Origin: Octopus vulgaris
Lineage: Eukaryota
DNA: 64,000 nucleotides
Reading direction: 5' to 3'
Assembly (NCBI GenBank): GCA_951406725.2
Contig: OX597825.1
Span: forward strand, 24,304,001 to 24,368,000
Below, in pieces: positions 13,487-27,321 of this stretch. The notes below the pieces were generated by a model. The model ran no database searches. It was given only the letters and a program-made list of their open reading frames with translations, and was not told the DNA's origin. Within the stretch, counting starts at the first letter, position 1, and the number at the start of each line of letters is the position of its first letter. The translations under genes and the position numbers were made by a program.

Positions 13487-13900
13487 CATATGTTTATATA
13501 TACATATATATATATATATATGTACATATATATATATATATATATATGTGTGTGCATATATATATATATATATATATACATGTGCATATATATATATATA
13601 CATGTGCATATATATATATATATCATCATCATCATCATCATAATTTAACGTCCGTTTTCTGTGCTAGCATGGGTGCTTTTTACGTGCCACCAGCACAGAA
13701 GCCAGTCAAGGCCGTGATGGCATCGGCCACGTTCAGATGGTGCTTTTTACATGCCACCGGCACAGGTATCACAACTACAATTTCCATCTGATATTTATTT
13801 TGATGTTGATGTACTTGACTCAATAGGTCTCCTCAAGCACAGCAGGTCACTTGCCACCGGCACAGAAGCCAGTCAAGGTGGCATATATATTATATATATT

Positions 13901-13938
<38 letters not shown>

Positions 13939-14104
13939 TGTATGTGTGTGTGTGTGCGTGCGCGTGTGTGTGTTTATGTGTGTGTGCCTGCCTGACTGCC
14001 TATCTATCTATCTACATGCCTGTCTGTCTGTCTGTCTATCTGCCTATCTGTCTATCACTATCTATCTGTCTATCTATCTATCTCTCTATCCCTATATATA
14101 TATA

Positions 14105-14495
14105 CTCTTTTACTCTTTCACTTGTTGCAGTCATTTGACTGCAGTCATGCTGGAGCACCACCTTTAATCGAGCAACTCGACCCCGGGACTTATTCTTTTG
14201 TAAGCCCAGTACATATTCTATCGGTTTCTTTTGCCGAACCGCTAAGTAACGAGGACATAAACACACCAGCATCGGTTGTCAAGCAATGGTAGGGGGACAA
14301 ACACAGACACACAAACACACACACGCATATATGACGGGCTTCTTTCAGTTTCCGTCTACCAAATCCACTCACAAGGCATTGGTCGGCCCGAGGCTATAGT
14401 AGAAGACACTTGCCCAAGGTGCCATGCAGTGGGACTGAACCCGGAACCATGTGGTTGGTAAACAAGCTACTTACCACACAGCCACTCCTGCACCT
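14105..14495 (-). mobile_element. SINE family B, near full length
   Basis: Closely similar to 50130-50600 and 21860-22255. Confidence 0.9.
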
Positions 14496-14609
14496 ATATA
14501 TGTATGTATTTATGCATATATGTAAATATGTATATATAAGTACACATATCTGTAAGATCACTCAATAAGAATTTTTAGAAGAAGCACACAATTCAGATTG
14601 CAGTGGATC

Positions 14610-14838
14610 TGCTCTTTAATATTTAAACTGGTCATATCTGGCCCTTAATATCCTACCTATTTTTTGTTCAAACCAGCCTAATCTGGTATTTCACATCTAC
14701 CCTACAATGTCTTTCTAAAAATAAACAGTAGCATCTTTGAAATCTCAGAGATGTAATATAACGCATGATTAATCCAAAATATGAGAATAAAAAAGGATTG
14801 TACTTAACAGAGCATTGTGAATGCTAGAAGGGTTAAAG
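14610..14838. mobile_element. Degenerate TTAA-ended (piggyBac-like) MITE
   Basis: Right end GAATGCTAGAAGGGTTAA. The same end occurs at 24309-24325. The left end is decayed. Confidence 0.4.
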
Positions 14839-15424
14839 CCAACATTCATGTTTCAGCCTCATTAGACTTTATCAGTAAATATATTCTCATAGACATCAAA
14901 GAATAAGAATTGGAATTCATATGGTGTAGTGGGTAAAACCGACCTTGCCTTAACTTTGTACAATAATTGTACATGTGCATCACCATCGTACAAGCAGTAG
15001 CCTTCATTTCACATCCTCTTTGAAAACAAAAATGCCCTACCATGGGCAAATATAACGTTTCTTGAGAATTGGTGAGTGTTGGCATCAGGAAGAAGATGAG
15101 GTCATAAGAAAATCTACCACAGTGAATTCTGTCTAACCCATGCAGTCAGGGAAAAGTGTAAGTTAAAATATGTAGTTGTCTAACTATAGATGCAGGTATG
15201 GGTGTATGGCTGGGAAGTTTGCTTTCTATCCTCAAGGTTTCAGGTGCCTTCTATTATAGCCCTGGGTCAACTAATGCCTTGTGAGTAAATTTGGTTGATG
15301 GAAACTGTGAGGAAGCCTGTTGTATATAAAATGTGTGCGTGCGTGTGTGTGTGTGTGTCTCAGTGTCTAATTGAGCATCATCTTTATATAAGTGATGGCA
15401 TTCATCTCCATTTTTCCATGAAAG

Positions 15425-16180
15425 TCGATGATGATGATGACAGCGACAGCAAAAAACGATGACGATGATGACAGCAATGACAACAACAGTGACGACGATG
15501 ATGACAGCGACGATGAAGACAGCGACGATGATGACAACAGCAAACGACAACGATGACAGCGATGATGATAACGACAGCTTTGGTGATGACAGCTTTGACA
15601 AGAACAGCTTTGATGATGATAGCGATGACGATGACAGCGATGACAGTGACAAAGATGACAGTGATGACGACAACAGTGACGCCGCCGCCGCCGATGCTGA
15701 CGCCGCCGCCGCCGATGCTGACGCCGCCGCCGCCGATGCTGACGCCGCCGCCGCCGATGCTGACGCCGCCGCCGATGCTGACGCCGCCGCCGATGCTGAC
15801 GCTGCCGCCGATGCTGACGCCGCCGCCGATGCTGACGCCGCCGCCGATGCTGACGCCGCCGCCGATGACGACAACAACGACAATGATGACAGCTATGACA
15901 ACGACAGTTATGACGACGACGACAGTGATGATGACAACGCTGACGACACCGACGATGACGACAATGACGATGATGATGACAGCGATGACAGCAACAGCTA
16001 TGACAACGACGACAGCGACGATGACAATGACAGCGATAACAACAGTGGCGACGGCAAACATGATGATGATGACAACAAACATAATGATGACGATGACAAC
16101 GATGACAACAATGATGCTGCTACTACTGATAATGATGATGATAATGATGACAATGGTGATGACAGTGAAGACGACAATCA
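15425..16180. repeat. (GAY/RAC)n triplet low-complexity tract with a GC-rich 18/21-nt minisatellite core
   Basis: About 10 units of GAC(GCC)3-4GATGCT at 15678-15866. Confidence 0.93.
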
Positions 16181-16556
16181 TGTACTTCCAACCATCTCGC
16201 ACAACCGTACTATTCATCCAATGAAATCGCTTAGCAAGTCGTATCCTGCACAATACAGCTTAAGTGCAAAACTTTAAGTGGGCAAAGCCTCTGTTGTCGG
16301 TTCAATTCCAGTTTGACGCTGTTTCATCTAAACCACTAATTCGTTTAATGTCTTCAGGAAATGTTCCTTAACAAACGAATAACTGTTTTTCCTGTTTTCT
16401 TTGAACTGAAGTCAATCAAGTTAATTGCACTCTCATAAATGCATTAGACATAACAAAAGGTCAGGCAATTTCACTGGTTTGCTGCTTATGCAGGTGAAGC
16501 AAATGCACTTATGAACGTTTATGCACGGTTGCATGTATGTGTCTATGTATATTCAT

Positions 16557-16614
<58 letters not shown>

Positions 16615-16687
16615 CTGTATAATTGAATAAATGCATGAAGTGTATTTATTTATATATATATATATATGTAGATGTAGATATATATAC

Positions 16688-16797
<110 letters not shown>

Positions 16798-16799
16798 TA

Positions 16800-16870
16800 A
16801 TTCGGTGGTGTAAAGGTAACACACTTAGTCGAGTTAACAAAGGGATGTGGGTTCGACTCCCACGCAAATA
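16800..16870 (+). pseudogene. tRNA-like sequence (pseudo-tRNA or SINE head)
   Basis: A-box TGGTGTAAAGG, D-stem GTGT/ACAC and a perfect T-arm GTGGG-TTCGACT-CCCAC. The acceptor and anticodon stems do not pair. Confidence 0.6.
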
Positions 16871-17179
16871 GGAAAGCCTTCTTTTTTCTGTCGAGGGCTT
16901 ATATGCCCCTTTATTAAACTATTTCTTTTAGGTCATTGTATGGTGATCACCATAAGCTTTAAGCTTAAGCTTATACATTATTATTATTTACAGGATTGTA
17001 ACAATGGCACCGTATAAAAAGCCTTTCACACTGAAAGCGTATATATATATATATATAAACATATATATATACATATATATATTATTTATATATATATTAT
17101 ATATGTATATATATTTCAATAAATACATGACATGTGTATGCATATATATATATGTATATATATGTATATATATATATAT

Positions 17180-17233
<54 letters not shown>

Positions 17234-17248
17234 ATATATATGTATGTA

Positions 17249-17288
<40 letters not shown>

Positions 17289-17364
17289 AATTTTATTTGT
17301 TAGGGAATAAACATTCCGGCATAACAGAGGTTCAAATTATTCTGTGCAACAGAGCATTCACATA

Positions 17365-17892
17365 TTGAGAGAGAAGTTGGGCATAAGGGGAATTATGTGC
17401 AGAGTGCAAGAGAGGAGACTGCACTGGTTTGGTCATGTGATGCGGATGGATAAAGACAATTGCATAAAGAAGTTATGATCACTCAAAGTGGAGGGAAGAG
17501 TAGAACCCAGGAAGACATGGGACAAACTATTGAAGGCCGATCTCAAAATGCTGAACCTTACAAAGGAGACGATAGAGGACCGAGATATGTGGTGCATTGC
17601 TGTACTTGAGAAGACCCAGCCACCAAAACAGAATTGAGATCCTTAAACCAACGTGCTATGTAAAAAAGCATTGATATGAATACTGGTGCTGCATAATCTT
17701 CATTGGTGATGGTGTCACATAAAAAGCACCCAATACACTTTGTAGAGGGGTTAGTGTTAGGAAGGGCATCCAACTGTAAAAACCAAGCTGAAATAGACTA
17801 TGGGACCCCTGGACATGCCAGTTCTTGTCAAGCCATTCAACCCATGCCTGCATTGAAAATGGACATTAAATGATGATGATGATATGATGATA

Positions 17893-17930
<38 letters not shown>
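17365..17930 (+). mobile_element. RTE LINE 3' fragment with (GAT)n tail
   Basis: [36 protein letters not shown], then the 3' UTR ending CAACCCATGC...GGACATTAAATGATGAT. Confidence 0.85.
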
Positions 17931-17933
<3 letters not shown>

Positions 17934-18606
17934 ATGTGTATGTGTGTGAGTGTGTGTGTATTTATACATGTTTTAGTAATCTGCATATTGTAACTTAAAG
18001 CAAATATAGTGTTGAAATCCTCTAGACAGTGGTGTTCCTCTTGAGAAAGCATCTCTTATTGACATACAGTGTTAAGATATCACTACTATATATCTATAAG
18101 AGAGGCTTTCTTGAGACGAATACCACAACTTTGAAGGCTTTCAAAAACGTATCTGCATTAAGTATGATATACAGATTGCTAACTGGAACTAATATCTCCA
18201 TCACTAATAAGAATATATATATATATATTTATAGATAGATAGATACACACACACACACACGCACACACACACACACACACACGCACACACACACACACAC
18301 ACACTCATATATACATATATTATTTTAAATAGTTTGGCTCCATTCCATTTTAAATAATACATGTAACTCCTTCTAAATGTGGTGAGTGCCCTTTTCTTTC
18401 ATTTATCCATTTATTTACACACACACACACACACACACATGTATATAAAAATGTATGTATGTATATATGTATGTAAGTACAGATGGATGGATTGATGTAT
18501 ACATATATATATATATTTATATATGCATCTTATGTATATATGTATATGCATATATATATGTACATACATACTTATATATGTATGTGTGTGTCTATGTGTG
18601 AGTGTA

Positions 18607-18644
<38 letters not shown>

Positions 18645-19040
18645 TATATACATACTGGTGAAATAAATGTGGCTGCAAACTTGAAATGAGCCGCGTGAAA
18701 TAGATTCAAACAGAAACCTAACGAAGGCAATTCTCATTCTGATCTCTGCCATATGGGTCACTTGAGATTATGTTTGCATTTAATATTTGAAAACATTTTT
18801 AGTATATATTTGACCTACCTTTAGGCATAATTAAATATACATACACACACACACATGTATATAAACAATATAAACATACACACACACACATATATGTATA
18901 TACATATATATTTATATACATATGTATATATATATATAAATATATATAAATATAAATATGTACATATATATATACATACATATATATAGAACTATATATG
19001 TATAAATGTATAAATTTGTGTATGTGTGTGCGTGTGCATT

Positions 19041-19120
<80 letters not shown>

Positions 19121-19220
19121 CTTTTATATATGTATATAAATGCACATGCACACACAATATTTATACATATATAGTTCTATATATCCGTATATGTATATAT
19201 ATATAAATATATACATGTAC

Positions 19221-19262
<42 letters not shown>

Positions 19263-19838
19263 GTGTGTGTGTGTGTGTAATCCATTTCATGTCAGCATAA
19301 AAACAGGCCATGAAATAATAAGGATGGTATATGTATGTGTGTGCGTATACTTATACACAAACACACACACACACACCCACACATACGCAGACACATACTA
19401 TGAAGAAGGAGAAAACGAGATCAGTAACATTTAAATCATTTGATAATTGAATGAATAACATTTACGGTGCACACGAGAACAGAGTTCAATCTGTATCAAA
19501 GACGGGATCGAATTCAGGAGTCAAAAGAATAGAAATCAAAGAACATTGAATACTTTGTATGAAGTTTGAATATATTAATCAAGAGAGAGACAGCCACTGA
19601 GCCACAAAATGAAAACCTAGACATCGAGGGTTTTTTTTCATTTCTTTTTTTTTTCTGTTTACAATATCTGACTGTTTAATGAAAGGCGAAGAGTTTTGTT
19701 AATATATATGTATTTTGAAAGAAATGTAATATCTGGCATATAAGCTGGTTAATCCTTGATATAAAAGGGACCTGGAATGCCAATATAAGCAATACTTTGA
19801 AGATATTGATATATATATATATATACATACATATAAAT

Positions 19839-19870
<32 letters not shown>

Positions 19871-19977
19871 TTAACGTCCGCTTTCCATGCTAGCATGGGT
19901 TGGACGGTTCAACTGGAGTCTGGGGAGCCCGAAGGCTGCACCAGGCAGAATATATATATATATATTCATATATATAT

Positions 19978-20176
19978 GTGGACCCCGTGTGTACCGTTGG
20001 CGATTTTTTTTTCCTCTGTCTTCCCTTCTCGGGATCTTTCCTTCTCCTATGTTTCCGACGAAGAGCTCCGCTCGAAACATTAAACCCTCCTTCTTCGCTT
20101 CTTTCCTGAGCGTCCAATAATACTATATTTGTTCCACGTCCTCGCGTTGTGTTTTTTTGTGTTTTCTTGTTTGGAT

Positions 20177-20181
<5 letters not shown>
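19978..20181 (+). mobile_element. ~200-bp hammerhead-motif repeat, copy A
   Basis: Homologous to 57790-57985 and 59815-60020, flanked by (TA)n. Core at 20051-20085. Confidence 0.7.
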
Positions 20182-20223
<42 letters not shown>

Positions 20224-20664
20224 GCTATTTTAAATATCCTCTGGTCCCGAATACTTAACCGATGAAGGAATCGGCTGGAAGAATAGAAATTCAGGAAGGA
20301 CATATCTATAATATTTACTGTTTTTTTGTTTTCAGAGAATGAAGATCTGTGCCTCTGGTCTTTTAGATTTTTCAGCACCTTTAAGATTGATAGGAAACAG
20401 AAGGGTAAAACTATCCTCAGTCTAGAGGCCTAATCCTAAATGCTTACAACATAGTGAATGTTGTTAAAGGAACCCGAGGTCCAGGTTATGGCTTTAAATC
20501 AGGTGATGAGTTAACTCTACAAGCCAAGAATTCATCACACAAAGGGCTGAATCAAATACCACAAGGCATTATGTCTGATGCTCTAAACCAGTGGATCTCA
20601 ACTACTTTTTCCTGTGGACCCATTTCATTTCTATTTTATTCTACTGGTGCCCACCATATGATGA

Positions 20665-21214
20665 TGATCATCGTCTCATCGTTTAACGTCTGTTTTCCAT
20701 GCTAGCATGGGTTGGATGGTTCAACCAGGGTCTGGGAAGCCAGGAGGCTGCACCAGGTTCCAGTCTGATCTGGCAGTGTTTCTACAGCTGGATGCCCTTC
20801 CTAATGCCAACCACTCCATGAGTGTAGTGGGTGCTTTTTACGTGCTACTGGCACAGGGACCAGAGGAGGCTGGCAACAGCCATGATCAGTTGGTGCTATT
20901 TATGTGCCACTGGCACAGGGGCCAGAGGAGGCTGGCAATGGCCACGTTCGGTTGCTGCTTTTTATGTGCCACTGGCATGGGTATCACAACTACAATTTTC
21001 ATTTGATGTTGATGCACTTGATTCAATAGGTCTCCTCAAGCACAGCAGGTCACCCTACAATCCAAGGTAAGCACAGCAGGCCGTCTTGCAATCCAAGGTA
21101 CTTTGAATGGGCTGGGGCTGGTTGTGTGAAGCTGGTGTAGGATACAGCCATGAACTCACTTTATTTGATGGGTCTTCACAGTCACAGCATATCTCCAGAG
21201 GTCTCGGTCTTTCG

Positions 21215-21216
<2 letters not shown>
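20665..21216 (-). mobile_element. RTE LINE 3' UTR fragment
   Basis: Homologous to 61443-62110, including the internal GCCAC/GGCACA repeats. Confidence 0.85.
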
Positions 21217-21245
<29 letters not shown>

Positions 21246-21859
21246 CGACTGGTTTCTTTCAGTTTCCATCTACCAAATCCATTCACAAGTCTTTGGTCAG
21301 CCTGGGGCTATAGTAGAAGGCACTTTCCCAAAGCACCCCTTCACACACATACAGAAATGCTTTTTTCAGAACTCTATATGATCCATTGCACTACAAAGTT
21401 AGTCTTGAATATGGACTTTCACTAAACAGACACATAATTCCACAAAATAGATGAAGAGGCTGCAATATTCATAAAGTGTACGGAATAATTATATTATCAA
21501 AGAAAACAATGTAAGTTAATTCAATGATACATCTTCACAGAAGTGTTTGTCAAGTGAACTGCTTCGTGAGAACAGAACACCAAAACAAAAGGTTGATTTG
21601 CCAGACAAACATTTGTATGATATATTATTAAATAAATCTACATCGTTTTTTTTATTTTTGAATCATCAAATGTGTGTATATGCTTGTGTGTGTGTGTGTA
21701 TGTTTGAGTGTGAATGTAAGTGTGTGTGTGTGTGGGTGTGGGTGTCCCTGTCTGTCCTACGTTTTAGAAAAAATACAACATAGCCGTTGGTGTTGTACAA
21801 CAAAACTGAAAGGGTTTGCATCAAGAAGAGTATCCAACTAGGAAACAAACAACTGCTTA

Positions 21860-22255
21860 GGAGTGGCTGTGTGGTAAGTAGCTTGTTTACCAACCACACG
21901 GTTCCGGGTTCAGTCCCACTGCGTGGCACCTTGGGTAAGTGTCTTCTACTATAGCCTCGGGCCGACCAAAGCCTTGTGAATGGAATTTGGTAGACGGAAA
22001 CTGAAAGAAGCCCGTCGTATATATGTATACATATGTATATATATATGTGTGCATGCATGTTTGTGTTTGTCCCCCTAGCATTGCTTGACAACCGATGCTG
22101 GTGTATTTATGTCCCCGTCACTTAGTGGTTCGGCAAAAGAGATCGATAGAATAAGTACTGGGCTTACAAAGAATAAGTCCCGGGGTCGAGTTGCTCGATT
22201 AAACACGGTGCTCCAGCATGGCTGCAGTCAAATGACTGAAACAAGTAAAAGAGTA
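21860..22255 (+). mobile_element. SINE family B, near full length
   Basis: Complete head, body and tail. Confidence 0.9.
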
Positions 22256-22294
22256 ACTATCTCAATGAAATATGAAAGAGTTGAAGTGGATGTG

Positions 22295-22353
<59 letters not shown>

Positions 22354-22887
22354 CAAATGGGAAAGGCTGCTTTATGGGATTACCTTAGGTCTCCTGTCCA
22401 TAAAGGGTTTAGCTTTATGGCCTATCATCAGATTCCAGATGACAATATATTCACCACACCTTGTATGCATATATATATGTAGATGTATATATATGCATAT
22501 ATATTTATATGTACACACACACTCACATACACATATATACACACATGCATAAATTTACATGCAGGTGCATGTGTGTAATAGATCACTTTTTATGTATGCC
22601 GTAAAGTAGTTAGCAAGAGAATGGTCATCACACTACAAAAGACAAAAAGAACTTGCCAACCTTAAAACCACAAGAATATAATAGACACAACGAAAATTGG
22701 CAGCTTTCTCTTTTGCTATGTAAATGCCAGGTGACAAAGTGCTGCAATGATTTGCCAAGATGTTGTGAGATTCATCTAACTCATGCCAGCATTTAACATG
22801 ATGACGATGACAATGATGATGCCAAACAATAATGATAATGGTGACAATAATGAAAGATTCTTCTTCTGATTTTGGTGATTCAGCCAT

Positions 22888-23128
22888 CAGTTGTGTGGAC
22901 GCCTCCAGATGACGAAGTAGGGTTGCGCAATACGTAAATGTCAGAAGTTGAGTAGAGGTCAATTCTATCCTTTATTTTAAGGATAATTCTGTCAGTATTT
23001 GTCCATTACCTCCACTGTCATGTCGAACGTTCAGATGACCTCTACTCAACTTTTGATGTCTAGCCTTCTCCCGCTATATCTACGAATTGGGCTAGCTTAC
23101 TTCATCGTCTGGGGGTGTCCACACAACA
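22888..23128. mobile_element. MITE-like element with ~75-90-bp imperfect inverted arms
   Basis: GTTGTGTGGACGCCTCCAGATGACGAAGTA...AAGTTGAGTAGAGGTCA pairs with TGACCTCTACTCAACTT...TACTTCATCGTCTGGGGGTGTCCACACAAC. Confidence 0.75.
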
Positions 23129-23339
23129 CCATCAAAACTTCTGGTGTTCATTACTGCTGCCTGCTTACTCTTTTCCATTTTGGTTCTTATTAATTTTAAA
23201 AAGAAAAGAAGATATTTCATAATTTTTTTTATTATAATTTGCCATTATTGCTATTATTTCCATTTTAATTCTCAAAGCTCTCAATTTTACTTGTTCTGGT
23301 TAATTCTCTAATAGCAGACAGCAATCCATTGTCAAAGAT

Positions 23340-24293
23340 CTCAAAGAGTCTCTTCACAATACTCAATACTCAATACCAAAACACCAATCTCAAATTCTAC
23401 ACTGTCCCCTATAGAGCAGTTTTCTGAGCATGTTCTACCCTCATATCAATTCCAGTTTCTCCAACATATTTACCAGCCTGGTTCTTAATGTCCCTAGTGA
23501 CCTAAACTACTAGTATAACACTTTTTCTCTTCATTGCCGACATTCATACAATTTCGTCTTTTAGTACCTTGTACTTTTCAATCTTTTCCAGCTCTTTGTT
23601 CCCCATTCATGCATCCCCAGATATGGCAATATCTATGATCTTGCTAAGGCAGCGAGCTGGCAGAAACATTAGCACGCCGGGTGAAATGCTTAGCGGTATT
23701 TCGTCTGTCACTACATTCTGAGTTCAAATTCCGCTGAGGTCGACTTTGCCATTCATCATTTCGGGGTCGATAAATTAAGTACCAGTTACACACTGGGGTT
23801 GATGTAATTGACTTAATCCCTTTGTCTGTCCTTGTTTGTCCCCTCTATGTTTAGCCCCTTGTTGGCAGTAAAGAAATAAGAAACGTTAGCATGCTGGGCG
23901 AAATGATTAGTAGTATTTTGCCTGTCTTTACATTCTGAGTTCAAATTCCGCCAAGGTAGACTTTGTCTTTCATCCTTTCAAGGTCAATAAATTAAGTACT
24001 AGTTGCATACTGGGGTTGATCTAATTGACTGGTCCCACCTCTCCCAAAATTTCAGGCCTTGTGTCTAGAGTAGAAAAGAATATCTATGATCTTGGTGCCC
24101 TTCTTCCTTTTGTCCACTACAACAATGTCTGACCTCCAAGCATCAATCACTGAATCATACTGGATTGTAAAATTCCATAAGATCTTATGCTAATTATTCT
24201 TAGTGACACCTTCTGGTTTATGCTTGCATCATTTCTGTGTTCTTTCAAGACTGTACTTCTCATACAATCTCCAGTGAACAAACTTAGCCACAT
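23340..24293 (-). mobile_element. Old R4/Dong-clade LINE 3' relic interrupted by a SINE dimer
   Basis: After removing 23644-24094 it reads VAKFVHWRLYEKY..KILWNFTIQ..RSDIVVVDK..KIIDIA..KELEKIEKY. Confidence 0.8.
23644..24078 (+). mobile_element. SINE family A dimer with a 16-bp target-site duplication
   Basis: AATATCTATGATCTTG at 23628-23643 and 24079-24094. Confidence 0.92.
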
Positions 24294-24637
24294 TTAACAA
24301 AATACTCTGAATGCTAAAGGGTTCAATACAACCCTCCCCTCAAACAAGGGCTCTTGTATTGCGAGTTCATTAGTGATTGCTCTAGTGTTGGAGATATGAA
24401 AAAGCATGTCACCAGTGCCATGCATGCATGGAAGAACAGACTTAGAAAAAAAGATAAGCAAGGCAAGAAAACTGGAGTGGAAACCATATATTATAATCAT
24501 GGATAATGTTATCAGCCAGTTATTGTCATCATAGTCAATGTGTCACGAATATTTTACTTGGCTACATGTTATCAGCTGTTTGTTATTGGAAAGGCTTCTG
24601 TCTCAAAATGAACTCAATAATAAACAGCTTCCACCGA

Positions 24638-24668
<31 letters not shown>

Positions 24669-24919
24669 ACAACTAATACTGTTCATCCTCATCCTGACCC
24701 TCATCTATATCATCATCACTATCATCAGCATTATTTTCATCATCATTATTTTTGTCTTTTTTTTATGTTGGCATGGGTTATATGGGACTTTTCTAGAAGT
24801 TAATGATACACATGGAATGTGTGTGAGTGTGCATGTGTGTGTGTGAAAGAGAATTATAAACTGGAAACACAAATCTAGTTTATAGTTAACCTACATAAGG
24901 TAAATTATATATGTATGTC

Positions 24920-25630
24920 ATCATCATCATCATCATCATCATCATTTAACGTCTGCTTTCCATGCTGGCATGGGTTAGATGGTTTTTAGCCAGAGAGCTT
25001 TACCAGGTTCCAGTCTGATTTGGTTGGTTTTCTACAGCTAGGGTGCTCTTCCTAACACCAACCACTCCAAGAGTGTAATAAATGCTTTTTACATGTCACT
25101 GGCACAGGTGCCGTTTACATGACACCAGTAACAGCCACAACTACGATTCTACGGGTGCCATTTACAGACACTGGCAACAGCCATGGTTATGATATAACCT
25201 GGCTTGACAAGTCTTCTCAAGCACAGCATTTCACCAAGCTCTCGGTCCCTTGGCACCCTTCTCTGTGAGGCCCAACATTCAAAGATCATTTTGAAGATCA
25301 TGCTGCTGGCAATGGCCATGATTACAATTTCACAGGTACCATTTACATGGCACCAGTAATGACCACATGTACGATTTCACTTGGCTTGACGGGTCTTCTC
25401 AAACACAGCATATCACCAAAGGTCTCAGTCACAAGTCATCACCTCTTTGAGGCCCAACGTTCAAAGATCATGCTTTTCCACTTTGTTCCATGTCTTCTTG
25501 GGTTTACCTCTTCCACAGGATCCCTCCACAGTTAGCGATTAACACTTCTTTACACAGCTCTTCACATCCATACACATCACATGACCATACCAGCGCAGTC
25601 ATCTCTCTTGGACATCACATATGATGCTTC
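24920..25630 (-). mobile_element. RTE LINE 3' fragment with an internal duplication
   Basis: (GAT)n tail, 3' UTR and ORF end (LRWYGHV..DEE...GRGKPKKTWNKV). Confidence 0.8.
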
Positions 25631-25890
25631 TTCTGTGTATGTGTATGTGTGTATGTGTATGCATATATATACTTATGTATGATATATTTATGTATGTATT
25701 TTTTATTCTTTTGTTTTTTTTTTTGTTTCGGTCATTTGACTGCAGCCATGCTGGAGCACCACCTTTAGTCAAACTTATTCTTTGTAAGCATAGTACTTAT
25801 TCTATTGTTCTCTTCTGCCAAACAACTAAGTTACAGGGACATAAACACACCAACATTGATTTCCAAGCAATGCTGGGGGGTGACAAACAT

Positions 25891-25948
<58 letters not shown>

Positions 25949-26734
25949 GCTTTTTATGTACCACCTTCACAGGAGCCAGTCCATGGCACTGGCAACGACC
26001 TCACTTGAATGTTGTTTTTCACATGCCACCAACACAAGTGCTAGTAAGGCAATGCAGGTAACAATCATGCTTGAATGGTGCTTTTTATGTGCCACCAGTA
26101 TGGGAGCCAGTCAGCAGCCCTGGCAACGATCATGCCGGGATGGTGCTTTTAACATTCCACTGGCATGGGTGCCAGTCAGGCAGTGCTGTCATTGGCCATG
26201 TCAGTGAATTTAGTTATGTATGTATGTATGTATGTATGTATACACATGTATGTATACACATGCATGTAAGCATGTCAAGTCACATTTAGTGCCACTTGTA
26301 ATATGTAACCCAGTACAATCTATTTTTTGTTTTAATCATCAGTGGCCCTCAACTGGCAACCCTATAAAGCCAGCTTGGTAAAGAGAGTGGGTTCCATTGG
26401 ACACTGGGGGTGGCAAGCATAACCTGTCAAAGGGCAGATGAACTCAGTAGAGTTGACAATTATCCAATAACTGCGTGTGAGGGATCCCCTAGCATTTGTT
26501 TAGACATCTCTCTAAGAGAAGGAAAACTCTGATGTAATACCTGTTCTTCTTATGGGGCATGTGCATACGTTTACAGTGCAGGGTTAACCATTAAGCAAAA
26601 TATGCATGTGCTTAAGGCACCAAGGAAAGGGGACACTACAGAAATGGTAGATGGTTTACAATACAAAAGAAATCACTTTAAACTTACTAAAATAATATTC
26701 AAAATGTTTTATGTGATTGGAAATATAATTTTGA

Positions 26735-27282
26735 AGTGTGAGTTGGTCAAGCATGACCTTAGTATGTTGGGCCTCACAGAGGCAATGCCGAAAGACTGAA
26801 ACCTCTGGAGATATGCTGTGACTGCGAAGAACCAACAAATAAAGTGAGTTCATGGCTCACAGGATGGCCTGCTGTGCTTACCTTGAATCGTAGGGCAACC
26901 TGCTGTGCTTGAGGAGACCTACTGAGTCAAGTACATCAACATCAAAATAAAAATCAAATGGAAATTGTAGTTGTAATACCTGTGCCAGTGGCACATAAAA
27001 AACACCATCCGAACGAGAATGATGACAGTGCCACCTTGACTGGCATCTGTGCGGGTGGCACATAAAAAGCACCAACCAATTGTGGGCATTGCCAGCCTCC
27101 TCCGGCCCCTGTGCCGGTGGCATGTAAAAAGCACCCACTACACTCACAGAGTGGTTGGTGTTAGAAAGGACATCCATCTGTAGAAACACTGCCAAATCAG
27201 ACTGGAGTCTGGTGCAGCCTCCTGGCTTCCCAGATCCTGGTAGAATTGTCCAACCCATGCTAGCATGGAAAACGGATGTTAA

Positions 27283-27320
<38 letters not shown>
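26735..27320 (+). mobile_element. RTE LINE 3' fragment
   Basis: VKHDLSMLGLTEAM ORF end, 3' UTR and (GAT)n tail. Confidence 0.85.

Positions 27321-27321
<1 letters not shown>

Noticed and set aside
26340-26560. RTE 5'-UTR-like sequence (AGAGAAGGAAAACTCTG) that might hold an HDV-like ribozyme
   Set aside because: It is too degenerate to fold or assign by eye.
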